64,000 nucleotides of DNA from positions 80,910,001 to 80,974,000 of the forward strand of contig OZ287750.1 in the NCBI GenBank assembly GCA_965649765.1, in the 5' to 3' direction. The position numbers and the translations under genes are program-made. The stretch comes from Bispira polyomma. Taxonomy: Eukaryota. Positions 49,084 to 61,008 of this stretch are shown piece after piece. How positions within the stretch are numbered: the first letter of the stretch is position 1; the number at the start of each line of letters is the position of its first letter. Below the pieces are notes generated by a model, which was not told the origin of the DNA, did not search any database, and was given only the letters and a program-made list of their open reading frames with translations.

Positions 49084-51114
49084 ATGTCAAAAGAGAGTAG
49101 CAAGATGGATACGGATCCATGACACTAAAACAACTAAAAGATGAACTTCGTAAAAAAATGCCAAGTTATCTGGAAGAAAACAAGAACTTGTTGAAAGGTA
49201 AGTAATCACCCACACACATACACGAGGATGGTTTATTGTTGTTTTTGTCTACATGTAAAGTGGTGTGTGTTCAGTAGGCTGTGTGTAATAAATCTCTTTT
49301 AAATATACAGTTGCAAGTGCATTTTAAAATAAGTATTCCTGAACTTTTTTATCTTCAGACATCGTGTTAGTATGAATACTATGAAAAACAGAAGTTCCAC
49401 ATATTATACTTTTTGTAATCACTTCCTGGTCACAAAAAATGTCTGGAATGACTTCATATATTGTGATTATATAGTAACAATTAATTAAGTAAAAATTCTG
49501 AAAAATATGTATGATTTCAGGAAATAATATAGTTGTAATAACTGTTATTACCTCATTAAATATTTACATAATTGTCTGCATGTTTTTTAGTTAAAAATTA
49601 GTTTGTGATATTTTTTCCACATCAAGGTAGTTGCAATGCTGATATATTTATAACCCATTTACTTTCAGATTAGAGTTTTGTGAGAGAAACAAAAGTGCTT
49701 CCCAGTCCAGTGACACACAATGTACATTCAATATGGATCTTCCAGCTGATTCTCTCTACTGTGACATCAATAGTGACACTGCTTTCGTTGGCTTTAATGT
49801 TTCTTCATTAACTGACTATTTGTCTCAGTTTGAAAAAGATGTGTCAAAGGAAGCCATTGCCATGTATGAAGAGAGATATTTTAGATTTGTCCGTTTGGCA
49901 CAAGTGAATGACACAACCTATATCAGAAGTCAATGTAAAGCCCAAATGAAAAAAACATGTTGTGTACACTGTAGATGGGAGTCTAGATCAGACAGGGAAT
50001 GTGTGCCAGGCCCAATGTGAATGTGGAGCTGGAATGGGACCGAACTGCCACTGCAATCACCTGTCTGGACTTTTATTTGGCCTTTCAAAATTTACGAAGG
50101 ACAAATTCATGAAAACAGGAAACCTGTACAGAAAGATTACAGACATTCCACAAGGCTAAGCGATTCAAAGGGTCTCCTGTTAAGTGTTGTGATCTTAAAC
50201 TTACAATGAAAACCAATGAGGCAAACTCAGTCAACTTTGATCCCCGCCCAGCAGAATTTCAAAACATGGCTGGGTAAAATGACTATTTCAGAAACATTTG
50301 TCACTCATTTCCCAGTGTGAATATGCCCATTGCTCAGTTATTTCCACCAGCAAATATGCGGGCAGTTTCTAGGGACCACGACTATTTGCAGAACACCCCA
50401 GATGAGCAGTTTCTCCACAATCACGACATCAGTCACATTTCACAGGATGAGATTGTAAAAGTTGAGCCTGGTACACAGGGACAAACAAAAAACAAAATGT
50501 GGCTTAGTGAAAGAAGTAGACGTATTCAGTCTTCGCAATTTGGCTGCATATGTAAAGCAACTGACAAAACAGATTTCAAAAAGTTGGCAAGATCATTAAC
50601 TGAGGTAGTGTCAGTTGAAAGTAAGGCCTTGAATCATGGTAGGAAATTTGAAGCTACAGCTATCACCAAATTTGAAAATTTAGCAAATGAAGCAGTTGTT
50701 CCTTGGGGGATATTCATATCGAAACAATTCCCTTTCCTAGGAAGTTCACCAGATGGACTTGTGGGTGAGGATGCTGTTTTGGAGGTCAAATGTCCATATG
50801 TGGCAAGGGAAAAAGAAATAACCCCACTAACAGTACCATACCTGAAAGTGAATGCCTCTGGGGATATTGAACTGGACAAGAGTCACATTTATTATTATCA
50901 GGTACAGGGTCAACTCTTGTGTACACTGAGGAAAAAGTGCTACTTCTGTGTCTTCACAAAAACTGATTTGAAGTACATATGTATTCACCGAGATGAACGT
51001 TTTATAGATGTTATGACCTCAAAATTGAAAACCTTTTATCTGGAACACTTCAAGAATGTTGTTTTAGAGAAACACTTCTACAAATTATCTCATGTGTTTA
51101 TGACATCTGTTTAA
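49084..51114 (+). pseudogene. SAP + SWIM + YqaJ (lambda-exonuclease-like) accessory gene, intron 49198-49668
   Basis: MTLKQLKDELRK..LSGRKQELVER|L (SAP, split by a GT-AG intron), CECGAG..CHCNH (SWIM), GSSPDGLV..LEVKCPY..YYYQVQGQL (YqaJ). Frameshifts and a stop are present. Confidence 0.85.
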
Positions 51115-51409
51115 CTATATCCCCTATGTTAAGTTAGTACAGTGTACAAGAGTTTGGTTAAAACTAAGCTGTATTTTCATAACTTAAAAACAAAATAAAT
51201 CTTTTTTTACTGTTTTTTTTTTTTTTTGTGACTACCTTCTTTAAACATTAGTCGTGTTACCATGTCATGCATGTATAAAACATATTATAAAATAATAACC
51301 TTGATATTGTACATGCAAGTGTGCAGTTTGTTTTCTATTTGACAGAATAAACCAGCAAACTCTATAATTTGAAGTCTTTTTATTTCAACTTTTCAAAACT
51401 TTAATTCTC

Positions 51410-51907
51410 TTAAGCATACTTAGACACTATGCAGTCTCTAAAATTACATAACATATAACAAACAAAAGTGATCTCTGTAGCAAGCTTTGTTTCAGTTACA
51501 TTGAAGGGCCTGTGTAATATCTTGTAGGTCTTCGCCTGTCCAATTATGCGTTCTATGTGAGCCCTCTTGCTCGCGATCTTACGATCTGACAGAACTGTTT
51601 CTCCAGACAATCGGTTTTTCTTTTTGAAAAAAGATGGAATGTTCACTGTCACATCATAAGTGGCAAATAGATCCTGAACATTAAAACCTTTGTCAGCCAT
51701 TACTGAGTCACCTGGATCACACATCCGGGTTAGGTCAGATCTTTCAACTATTTGTCTGTCACTGGTTGATCCTGAAAAAGCAGGTGAAATGTAGGACACC
51801 ATTACACCAGGGGTTGCACCTATTAGCACTTTTACTGTGTTTCGATTTTTGTAGGTCGAAAATGTAGCTTGTTGGGCTCGTGTGGTTGCTGGTTTCTGAA
51901 CTGGCAC
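51410..51907 (-). pseudogene. C-terminal part of a Harbinger/ISL2EU DDE transposase
   Basis: STYKNRNTVKVLIG, GSTSDRQI, VMADKGF, IASKRAHIERIIG. The N-terminus is lost at the BEL LTR (51908). Confidence 0.88.
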
Positions 51908-54900
51908 TGTTAGCAACAGCCCACAGATATAGGGCCTGACATAGATATACAGCTTTGTATGTAGTGTTAGCAACAGCCCACATACATCCCATGCTGTAAT
52001 TAGTCAATTTATCATTGTGGTTGAATTAGTTCAATGCTTATGTTTTACTACTACATGTAATTAGAAATACAAGCATCCTGTTTATGTGGGTATGCGGCTG
52101 TCCTGCTTTGGTCTTTACTTGTACACATTGATGCAGTTATATACAGTCATTTCCTCTCTTTGTTACATTTCTGTTTATAGTACTGATGCTGCCATGTTGT
52201 GTGTAAAAAGTCTTTGTTAAAAAAATTAAAGTTAAATCCTAAAAGATCATCAATATTTGGATACCATCAGGAGTTCCCAATGTGGTAAATAACATTTATT
52301 ATATTTAAAGATTTGTTTATATGACGTTATATGCGATAATATCATGTAATTTGTAAGATAAAACCATAATTATGTGAAAGCATGTAAAGTTACTAGCAGT
52401 AGATATGCAAGTAATTTTATGTAAATCAAATTCCATTTTTTGTATATCAAGAATAATTTGTTATTCAAGAATCATGTAATAGCTTGTATTTGTTTTAGTA
52501 TAATATCCAGAAAATAGTGTTTTGTGTATACAAATATCTTTCAACTGAATATTTTGTAATAAGTTACTTGTAACATGTGTTCTTATTATTATGTTCAGAT
52601 TAATGCCTTTCTTGTGTGAATATACATGTGTATTATGTTTTGTTTAACAAGTGTGATTTGGTAATTGTATTTTTTGGACAATGTCACATTGCTTGTGTAT
52701 TCTCTATTTCTATGTATACCTTTTACTTGAGGAAGTTTTCTTTTTCTTTTATTTTAGTTAAACCTCACAGACTTACAGTCTTACAATCTTAAAGATCCAA
52801 TCACACCTTTGTACTCTGAAGAAAATAAAAACACCAGATAACCACACTGTGTCTGTATGAGTATAACAGGGGAACAGAACAACACTAAATAATAAAACAA
52901 CTACACCAAGTGACTTAATGTGTACGCCACATTAAAAGTTTAACACAAGTTAACATAACTCCAGTGGTTAACAAGTTTAACACGAGGCTTAAGTTTAAAA
53001 AGACGAAAGTTAACACAACAAAAAACAAATACACCACACGTACACCAGATATAGATATGTCAACTAAAGGCAATCAGGAGACAGAATTCTCTACTTCAAC
53101 ATTGAAGAAAGATAGAGGCCATGCAAAGGCAAATGTCACCAGGATAATGCACCATATTGAACCCCTGCTCATAGGAAATGATGTTGAGCAAGTTAACAAA
53201 CTGATGACATCCTTTGACGAGACTATTCACACCTTTGAGGCTGCTCATACAGAGTACCATGTAAAGCTGGAAGATCCAGCAGATATAGCCGACTCTGAAG
53301 AATACTTCAAGAAATTTTCAATTGATGTGCAAACCTTCAGAGAAAAAGTGCACAACTGGCTAGCCGTGGGGCATTCTGATGCCTATCCACCTGCTCAAAC
53401 CAACACCATCGAACACCATTCAGTGTCAGAGACAAATACCAGCTCACAAAGATCCTCAATCCAACTATTTCAGAAAGAGAATCTTGAACAGAAGCTTGAG
53501 TTACTCAAGATGAAGTGTGACCTTCAGCTCCAGCAAGCCCAGGTGGACCAAAGAAAGAAAGAAATTGAAATGGAAGCAGTGGAACACCGGAGGCAACTGG
53601 AGTATGAGGTTAAGTTACAAAGGATGGAGCTAGAAAAGGATCGCTTTCTTATTGAAAAAAGGGAATTTGAAATGTCAAAGAAGATGGCTGGCACAGATAA
53701 TGCACCAAGCGACTCTGGCCACCACCACAGTTCAACTCATCAAGAAAAATCCACACCAAGCAGTGACAAGACCAGTGATGTAAACCAGTCTCCTTACTTA
53801 TCCATAAAAAGAAAGAGCCTTTCCAATGACCAAAATACAGGGACTGATGTAAGTAACATTCTGTGCCGCATGTTGAATGATTCCAGGATCCAGCAACAGT
53901 CATTAGTACAGGCAATCCAGCTTCCCAAGACAGAGCTCACACCCTATGATGGGAATCCATCGGAGTACCATTCCTTTCTGCAGTCTTTTGACAACTCTGT
54001 CCATCATGAGTCAGTGCCAGATCATGCAAAGCTTGGTCGCCTAGTACAGTACACCACAGGAAGAGCAAAGAAGGTAATACAGTGCTGCCTTTCCAAACCA
54101 CCCACCGAAGGTTATGCATTAGCAAGACAGTTGTTAAAGGATAGGTTTGGAAATCCAGATCACATCACCCACGCATAGATGGAGAAAATCCTTAATAGAC
54201 CCAAGGTGAGCGGAAGTTCCCAGCTGTTGGAATATGCAGATGACCTACGGTGCTGCATGGAAACATTAACAACAACAAATGCTGTGAACGAAATAAACAC
54301 TCAAGGGAAACTGTATATAATAGCAGAGAAATTACCAGACTACCTGGCTCGTCGCTGGCTCGCAAAAGCGCACAAGATCAAAACAGTTCGCTCTCTAACT
54401 ATCAAGGACCTAGTTGAATTTGTTTCTGATGTGGCAGAGGAAGCTTCAGATCCAGTTTTCGGCAAGCTAGCAGGCGGAAGAAAACCTCAAAATCCCATAG
54501 AGATGACTAGGTGGGGTAAAAGGGCCTACACTGTACAAACAACTACCCCAAATAAGCAAACATCTGCACCTAGGAAGGCCTACTCTGCCAAACCAGCAAA
54601 TCTCCAATCTTTCAGACAAGATTACAGTTGCCCTTGTAATCAAAACCATTTTCTCACCAGGTGTGAATCTTTCAGGTCCATGCATGTGAAAGATCGCTTA
54701 GGATTTGCACAATCTAAGCATCTCTGTTACCTCTGTCTGAAACCCAACCACAGTAGCACAGATTGTTCACGTACCTTTGTCTGTGACATAAATGGATGTG
54801 GTAAGAAACACAACCGCTTTCTACATCTACCAAGAGCTGAGGATCATCCTGGAGTATCATCCAGTGAGCTAACAAACACTGATATACACCCTCAAGCCAA

Positions 54901-57400
54901 AACTACACCAGCAGTTAGCTGCAACTTCAGTGGCTCAAAGTCAGGAAAGATTGCCTTGCCAATTATGGCTGTGCACATAAAAGGAAAAGGGAGAAATAAT
55001 TACATTGACACCTATGCATTGGCAGACACTGGTTCAAATCAGACATACATTACCAGGCAATTAGCTAACTCTCTTGGTCTAAGAAGCAGGCCTTTGGTTG
55101 TAGACGAAGCTACAATAAGTGGAAAGTACACCATGGAGGTACAGATTGCAGACATCTCACTGTCCACTACAGATGATGGCCAATGTTTTGAAGCCAGTGA
55201 TGTAATAATTAAACCAAACTTGAATATCGGTCTCGCCAGTCGCGTGTCACAAGCTGAAATTGTCAACTGGTATCACTTGAAAGATGTTGCTGTGCCTGAT
55301 GTTCAATCCGATGATGTTCACATCTTGATAGGCCAAGACCTTGCTGCTCTGTTAAAACCACTGGAATTGAGATCTGGAAGGGTGAGCCTTATGCCGTTAG
55401 AACTGTCTTTGGATGGTTAATCAATGGTGTTGTAAATACACAGGTACCCAAGGCAAGATTGAACCCAGCTAGCTACTTTGTGAAAATGGACCAAGAGCTC
55501 TCTGCACAGGTAGAAAGGTTTTGGCACCTGGAGGATGCAAGCTCAACAGAACCAGACATGTCAGTAGAGGACAGACAGGCGATTTCCATCTGGAATGAGT
55601 CAGCTGTCAAAATAGACAAACATTACACCTTGGACATACCATTCAAAACAAAACCCCCAAATCTGCCTGACAACCACCACATGGCCGAACACCGCCTAAG
55701 ACTACTGGGCAAGCGACTAGACAAGAAAGTAGAGCTAAAGGAAACATACTCCAAGGGAATTAATGAACTGTTGCATAAGGGCTACACAGAAAAAATTAAA
55801 CCAGAAAACCTCAATGGCCAAGCAGGCCGTGTGTGGTACCTCCCTCATCACCCTGTTGTCCATCCTAGAAAACCTGACAAGGTGCGCATTGTGTATGACT
55901 GTGCAGCTAAATATCAAGGAGTGTCCCTGAATGACAGAGTCATGCAAGGCCCAGACCTAGCAAACAAGCTTATTGGTGTTCTGCAGAGGTTCCCGCCAGG
56001 ACCCAGTAGCCTTCATGGCAGATATTGAAGGCATGTATCACCAGGTGCGTGTTCCTGTTGCAGATAGAGATGTACTCAGGTTTCTGTGGTTTGCTGATGA
56101 CAACACTGCTAACCCACCAGACGTGTATAGGATGACAGCTCATCTCTTTGGAGGAGTCTGGTCTCCTAGTTGTGCAAACTTTGCACTGAGAAAGTGTGCA
56201 GCTGATCAAGAACAGAATTATAGCCCAGAGACTATATCCACCATTAAGAACAACTTCTACGTTGATGACTGCCTAAATTCCTTACCCACAGCAGAAGCTG
56301 CCATCCAATTGATTAAAGAATTACACCAATTGCTGACAACAGGTGGTTTCCGCCTTACCAAGTTCCTGTCCAACTCCAGAGAAATTATGAAAACTATACC
56401 GGAATCTGAAAGGTCCAAGGTTATTTCTGAGTTAGATTTGGATCTGGAAGACTTGCCATCAGAGCGTGCTCTTGGTGTACTGTGGTCAGTTGAAGATGAC
56501 AACCTTACATATAATACTACAATCCAAGAAAGACCAAACACCAAAAGAGGCCTACTCAGTGTTGTGAGCTCTGTTTATGATCCCCTTGGCTTTGTGAGTC
56601 CATTCATTTTGAAGGCCAAGATGTTATTTCAGAATCTGTGCCGCCTGCAGTGTGACTGGGACCAACCTATGCCTGATGACATCGCCCACCAATGGTGTCG
56701 GTGGATGGAGGACCTGAAATATATTGACCAGCTAAAAATACCAGATGTATCACACCTTCGTCTTTCACAATTGGGAAAGCACAATTACACCACTTTGCTG
56801 ATGCATCTCAGCATGCTTATGGAGCTGTGTCATACATACGCCTAACAAATGGTGCCCATTACCATGTCAGTTTGTTGGTTGCTAAGTCCCGTCTGGCACC
56901 CTTGAAGACAACTACTATTCCACGGCTAGAGCTTGCAGCTGCTGTTGAGGCCACCAAACTAGATAAAATGTTGACAAATGAACTACAAATTCCTCTGGAT
57001 GAGTCAGTGTTCTGGACAGACAGTACTATTGTTTTGTGGTATCTGAACAACACAGAAAAAAGATTTCAAACATGTTGCCAACCGTGTCTCACTGATACAG
57101 CAAAATTCAGATTCAAGTCAATGGAGGCATGTGGACACTCACAATAACCCAGCTGATGACGTTTCCAGAGGACAAACAGCAGAAGAGCTCCTAAATAATA
57201 CTCGATGGATTCGTGGTCCCGAGTTTCTCTGCCAGAACAGTTCAAACTGGCCTGTACAGCCAGTACTATTAAATCCAGACTTAGAAGAGCAAGCTGAGAC
57301 CAAGAGAGAAGTCAAGATATATTCCAACACCTCAGCCGAAAATTGCATTGTTGACAAATTCCTACAAAGGTTTTCCTTGTGGACCAACTTAACAAGAACA
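51908..57400 (+). mobile_element. BEL/Pao LTR retrotransposon: 5' LTR (~51908-52884) + gag-pro-RT-RNase H; truncated before the integrase, no 3' LTR
   Basis: TGTTAG start. LPKTELTPYDGNP, three CCHC knuckles, ALADTGS protease, YLPHHPV, FYVDD, YDPLG, HHFADASQHAYG, PRLEL, NPADDVSRG. Confidence 0.92.
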
Positions 57401-58292
57401 CACTTATTACTTTTTATATAAGCATGGGTCGATGCATCATATTAAGCTAAGCCTCAGGTCACCACAAAACAGGTGCATGGAATTGAGCACAATATTTATA
57501 GCAATTTAAATTTTAGTCTGAAATGGGAATGAACTTTCCAATTAGTTATAATGAATTTTCATGGTGAAATGTAAGTCAGTCAAAAAAAGAATTTAGAAAA
57601 AATGGGACATAACGATAGATATCAATTTGACATATCAATAGCTGTGAAAGCTGTGAATGTGACCAATGATTATAACCTTTGCTTTGATGTATGGCACTAG
57701 TGTCATCGTACTGGCAGATTCATACCAAAACCTTTTGTTGATCATTCAGATTCATACCAAAACCTTTTGTTGATAATTAATGTATTGTTAAGAGAGTGTT
57801 TCTCCCCTAATGGCTTTTTATCAGGCGCAGCCTGACATTGTTTTCATTCTGAAAAGGGTGCTGCTATATTAGAAAATATGCAAGGCCTTTGCGGATTGGT
57901 TGAAAGCAATCAAATCAGCAAAACTGAGGGGTTTCAGATCTATTGTTATCAGGTACAGCCTGGGACCTAATTATATAGTGGCCATATCAAAGTCAGCGTG
58001 TTTTACACTGTGTGCCTATGTCTCTTTCAAAAGACAACTCTCGTTAATTATGTATGCAATTCAGACTTGCAGTTTATTTGTTTAGCTGATTGAGACAAAT
58101 ATAACAGGACAATAAAATGCAATTACGTGTCATTTGCACTGCCTCTACAGTCAATAATGTCATCAAGGGTACATTCGGTTATGCATTAGCAATGTTTTTA
58201 TATCCATAATGAACTTACTCGAGGTAAAAAACAATTGTCATATTGGAATTGTATTCAGCACATTAGACATACATTCTTGGTAAAGACTCAAC

Positions 58293-59564
58293 ATGTTATT
58301 ATATGGTATTTTGCAAGGAATAACTTTTTTGACTTTGTCATACACTGTTGTCACTTCAGAAGATGAAAAGAAGCTAATTGAATCTCTACTTACAGATTAT
58401 GATATCAGAACAAGGCCAGTTCTTTATTCAGCTGATTCAGTACAGGTCAATCTTGTTTTTCAACTATTGAAAATCATTCATGTAGACACAAAACAGCAAA
58501 TGATAACCGTCAGTGGATGGATTCATACAGAATGGGACGACAACTTTCTAGCTTGGAAATTGTCAGAATACAATGTTACTCCTACGTTGGTATTACCAGC
58601 AAATGAAATATGGACACCCGAGTTGTACATTGTAAACAGTGTTTCAGAAGCATTGCACAGAGAAGAGTGGCTATCCCATTTCAAGCTTGTGATACTGTAT
58701 AAAGGAAGTATCACCTGGGTACCTGGAGGGATACTGAAATTTGATTGCCCTATGGATGCAAGATATTTCCCATATGATGAGCAAGTGTGTAGAATGGAGT
58801 TTTCCAACTGGGCCTATACTGGTGCAATGGTAAACTTAACGTCTGGTCTTGTAAAGCAAGGTGATATGCTTAACAATTACCAGGAAAACAATGAGTGGGA
58901 CATTCATACAACTTCTGTTGAAAGAATTGAATTCAGGTACCCAGAATATGATGGCTTCTACCCAGAAGTCCATTTCATTCTCCATCTCAAAAGAAAACCT
59001 TTGTTACATGTGATTAATATCATGATACCTTCTCTCTGTTCAGGAGTGTTAATACTCTTCATGTTCTATCTACCCCCAGATTCTGGTGAGAAAATAGCAA
59101 TGGGTGTGACAGTGCTGGTGGCTTTCTCTGTGCTCTCTCTGACCATCAACGAACATATCCCTGAATCCTCCAGAAACATACCTTTCATTATCATCTTTAT
59201 CTATGGACTGATGTTAATGGCAACCCTAGGTATAGCAGAGACAGTAGTGGTTCTCTTTTGTTTCTATCATAATGGAAGTTCACGAGCACCTGTCTGGCTG
59301 AGATTTGTGACACTTTACAAACGATGTGGGCAGTTTAGGAACAAAATGGCAGAAGAGATGGGAAATACCAGTGTACCTATTAATGACATATCAAAAGAGT
59401 ACAAGTCACAAGTGGATACTGCAAGCCCAGAAAGCAGAGCCGAGAATATGAATGTTGCAGAGGAGTGGAAATTGATAGCCAAACACGTCAATTGTTTCTT
59501 CTTTGTATTGCAAATGATCATGTTTATTGGGTTGCTGGTAGTTCTAATGATAATATTTGTCTGA
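58293..59564 (+). CDS. Intronless nAChR-like Cys-loop ligand-gated cation channel subunit, non-alpha type, 423 aa
   Basis: Signal peptide, LLTDYDIRTRP, WTPEL, CPMDARYFPYDEQVC, SNWAY, PPDSGEKIAMGVT and four TM segments. Single open ORF with AATAAA at ~59584. Confidence 0.95.
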   Translation: MLLYGILQGITFLTLSYTVVTSEDEKKLIESLLTDYDIRTRPVLYSADSVQVNLVFQLLKIIHVDTKQQMITVSGWIHTEWDDNFLAWKLSEYNVTPTLVLPANEIWTPELYIVNSVSEALHREEWLSHFKLVILYKGSITWVPGGILKFDCPMDARYFPYDEQVCRMEFSNWAYTGAMVNLTSGLVKQGDMLNNYQENNEWDIHTTSVERIEFRYPEYDGFYPEVHFILHLKRKPLLHVINIMIPSLCSGVLILFMFYLPPDSGEKIAMGVTVLVAFSVLSLTINEHIPESSRNIPFIIIFIYGLMLMATLGIAETVVVLFCFYHNGSSRAPVWLRFVTLYKRCGQFRNKMAEEMGNTSVPINDISKEYKSQVDTASPESRAENMNVAEEWKLIAKHVNCFFFVLQMIMFIGLLVVLMIIFV

Positions 59565-59729
59565 TTAAAAATGATTCCACACAATAAATTGTATTAACTT
59601 AAATGTAAAGCAATTACATGAAATATATTAGACTACTAACTGTATATTAAAGTGAGGCAAGTCTTTTTGCTGTAAGAACCCGCCCTTGTTAACATGATGT
59701 GGGTGATGTTTTACTTATGTGCTTTTATA

Positions 59730-59981
59730 GGGGCTGCGGTGGCCTAGTGGTTAGCAAGCATTGTGCTTCACAATCACTGGTCTCTCACCTCTGGGCGGTG
59801 TGAGTTCAAATCCGGTCGATGCCTATGTGGGAAAGGTGGTAGTTCCTTACTGTGGGCCGCTGGTTTCTCTGCAGAACCTTGACCGACTGTATGCAGTGTT
59901 TCCTCCAGCGTTTCCAACTACCCGTCCCAATATAACCTACTAAAAGGTACGACAGTGGACGTTAAATATCCAAATTCAAAT
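59730..59981 (+). mobile_element. tRNA-derived Meta-core-like SINE
   Basis: A box gtggcctagtggtt, B box gagttcaaatcc, core gtgggaaagg..gctggtttc..gtttcctcc and tail (caaatt)n. 15-bp TSD ttatgtgcttttata at 59715-59729 and 59982-59996. Confidence 0.9.
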
Positions 59982-61008
59982 TTATGTGCTTTTATACGAT
60001 GTGCAGACATTTTTGGGTCATATTTGTTCGCCATCTGTCATCGTCACATAATTAGGCTCAAACTTTAATATGATCACAAAAACACATTTAATAGAAGTTT
60101 GTTTTTCTGTACATACATACACATGTATACCTTGGAAATGTACAAAATTTAAATTGTTTTTACATAATCTGGATACTTTTTCTTGGATTATTCTTGTTAT
60201 TTGCAAATGTGTCACAAATAACCACTAAATTTAGTACGAAAAAAGTTACTATATCTAATATAGATATTAAGTGCAACTGTATATATATATCTATTCTCTT
60301 GCAAATGTGCCAAATAAAAATATATAATATGGTGGTTAAAGATAGGTAGATAGATGGATTTTTATTATACTCTCACCTGGTAAATATAAAGACATATTCC
60401 AATTTAAAAAATGCAGACCCAGCCAGCCTGTTGTGACTTATGAGAGATTTTACGTGTAAAGATAGATTAAATGTACAATTACAGCGTCAATATAATATTA
60501 GCATTAAATGTATAATATGATATATATAAAATAACAATATACTAGATCCGACTTCCAAGCATCTTTAGTCCGATAGGCCTTTGCAGCGGGCTATCAGAGC
60601 CAAGAAAACATTTCCAGCATACTATTACAATTTGAAAGGTGAAGGAATTTGACTTAACACTCAAATTACATAATAGAAAGGAAAATATTTTGGTGTTATA
60701 ATGTAGCATAAAATGTCTTGTATAATATCTTATATATTAAAAGATTACAATATACTAGATCCGACCTCTGGATGCCTTTAGTCTGTTAGGCCTATTGAAA
60801 AAAAAAAATTATATAATAAAAGTGAACTAATGCTCTAATAACCAAACATTAACTTAAACTGAGTTCAACATATTTTGTCTTATTACCAATATGGCTTGTA
60901 TATAATTTTTTAGTTTATAAATGTTTGTTTTACACATAACCATTTGCCATTTCTCAAAATTTACATATTATCTCTTCAATCTGAAGATGTGTATGGTGTG
61001 TGACTCCT

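Larger units (their letters stand above)
48930..51907. mobile_element. ISL2EU-like (PIF/Harbinger-related) DNA transposon: SAP-SWIM-YqaJ gene (+) tail-to-tail with a DDE_Tnp_4-type transposase (-); interrupted by BEL
   Basis: Convergent YqaJ exonuclease and Harbinger-type transposase, the gene pair characteristic of ISL2EU. The left boundary is approximate. Confidence 0.8.

Noticed and set aside
50317-51114. YqaJ exonuclease as evidence of phage/viral horizontal transfer
   Set aside because: It has a spliceosomal intron and SAP/SWIM domains and is paired with a Harbinger-type transposase, matching the known ISL2EU arrangement.
59730-59830. tRNA gene candidates (A/B boxes here and at 18599, 19306 and 46850-46939)
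   Set aside because: They continue into SINE cores and tails, most have TSDs, and none forms a complete cloverleaf.
60525-60800. Two ~55-bp direct repeats with an adjacent hairpin as a possible hammerhead ribozyme or retrozyme
   Set aside because: No CUGANGA/GAAA core in the correct stem context on either strand; likely TE remnants.
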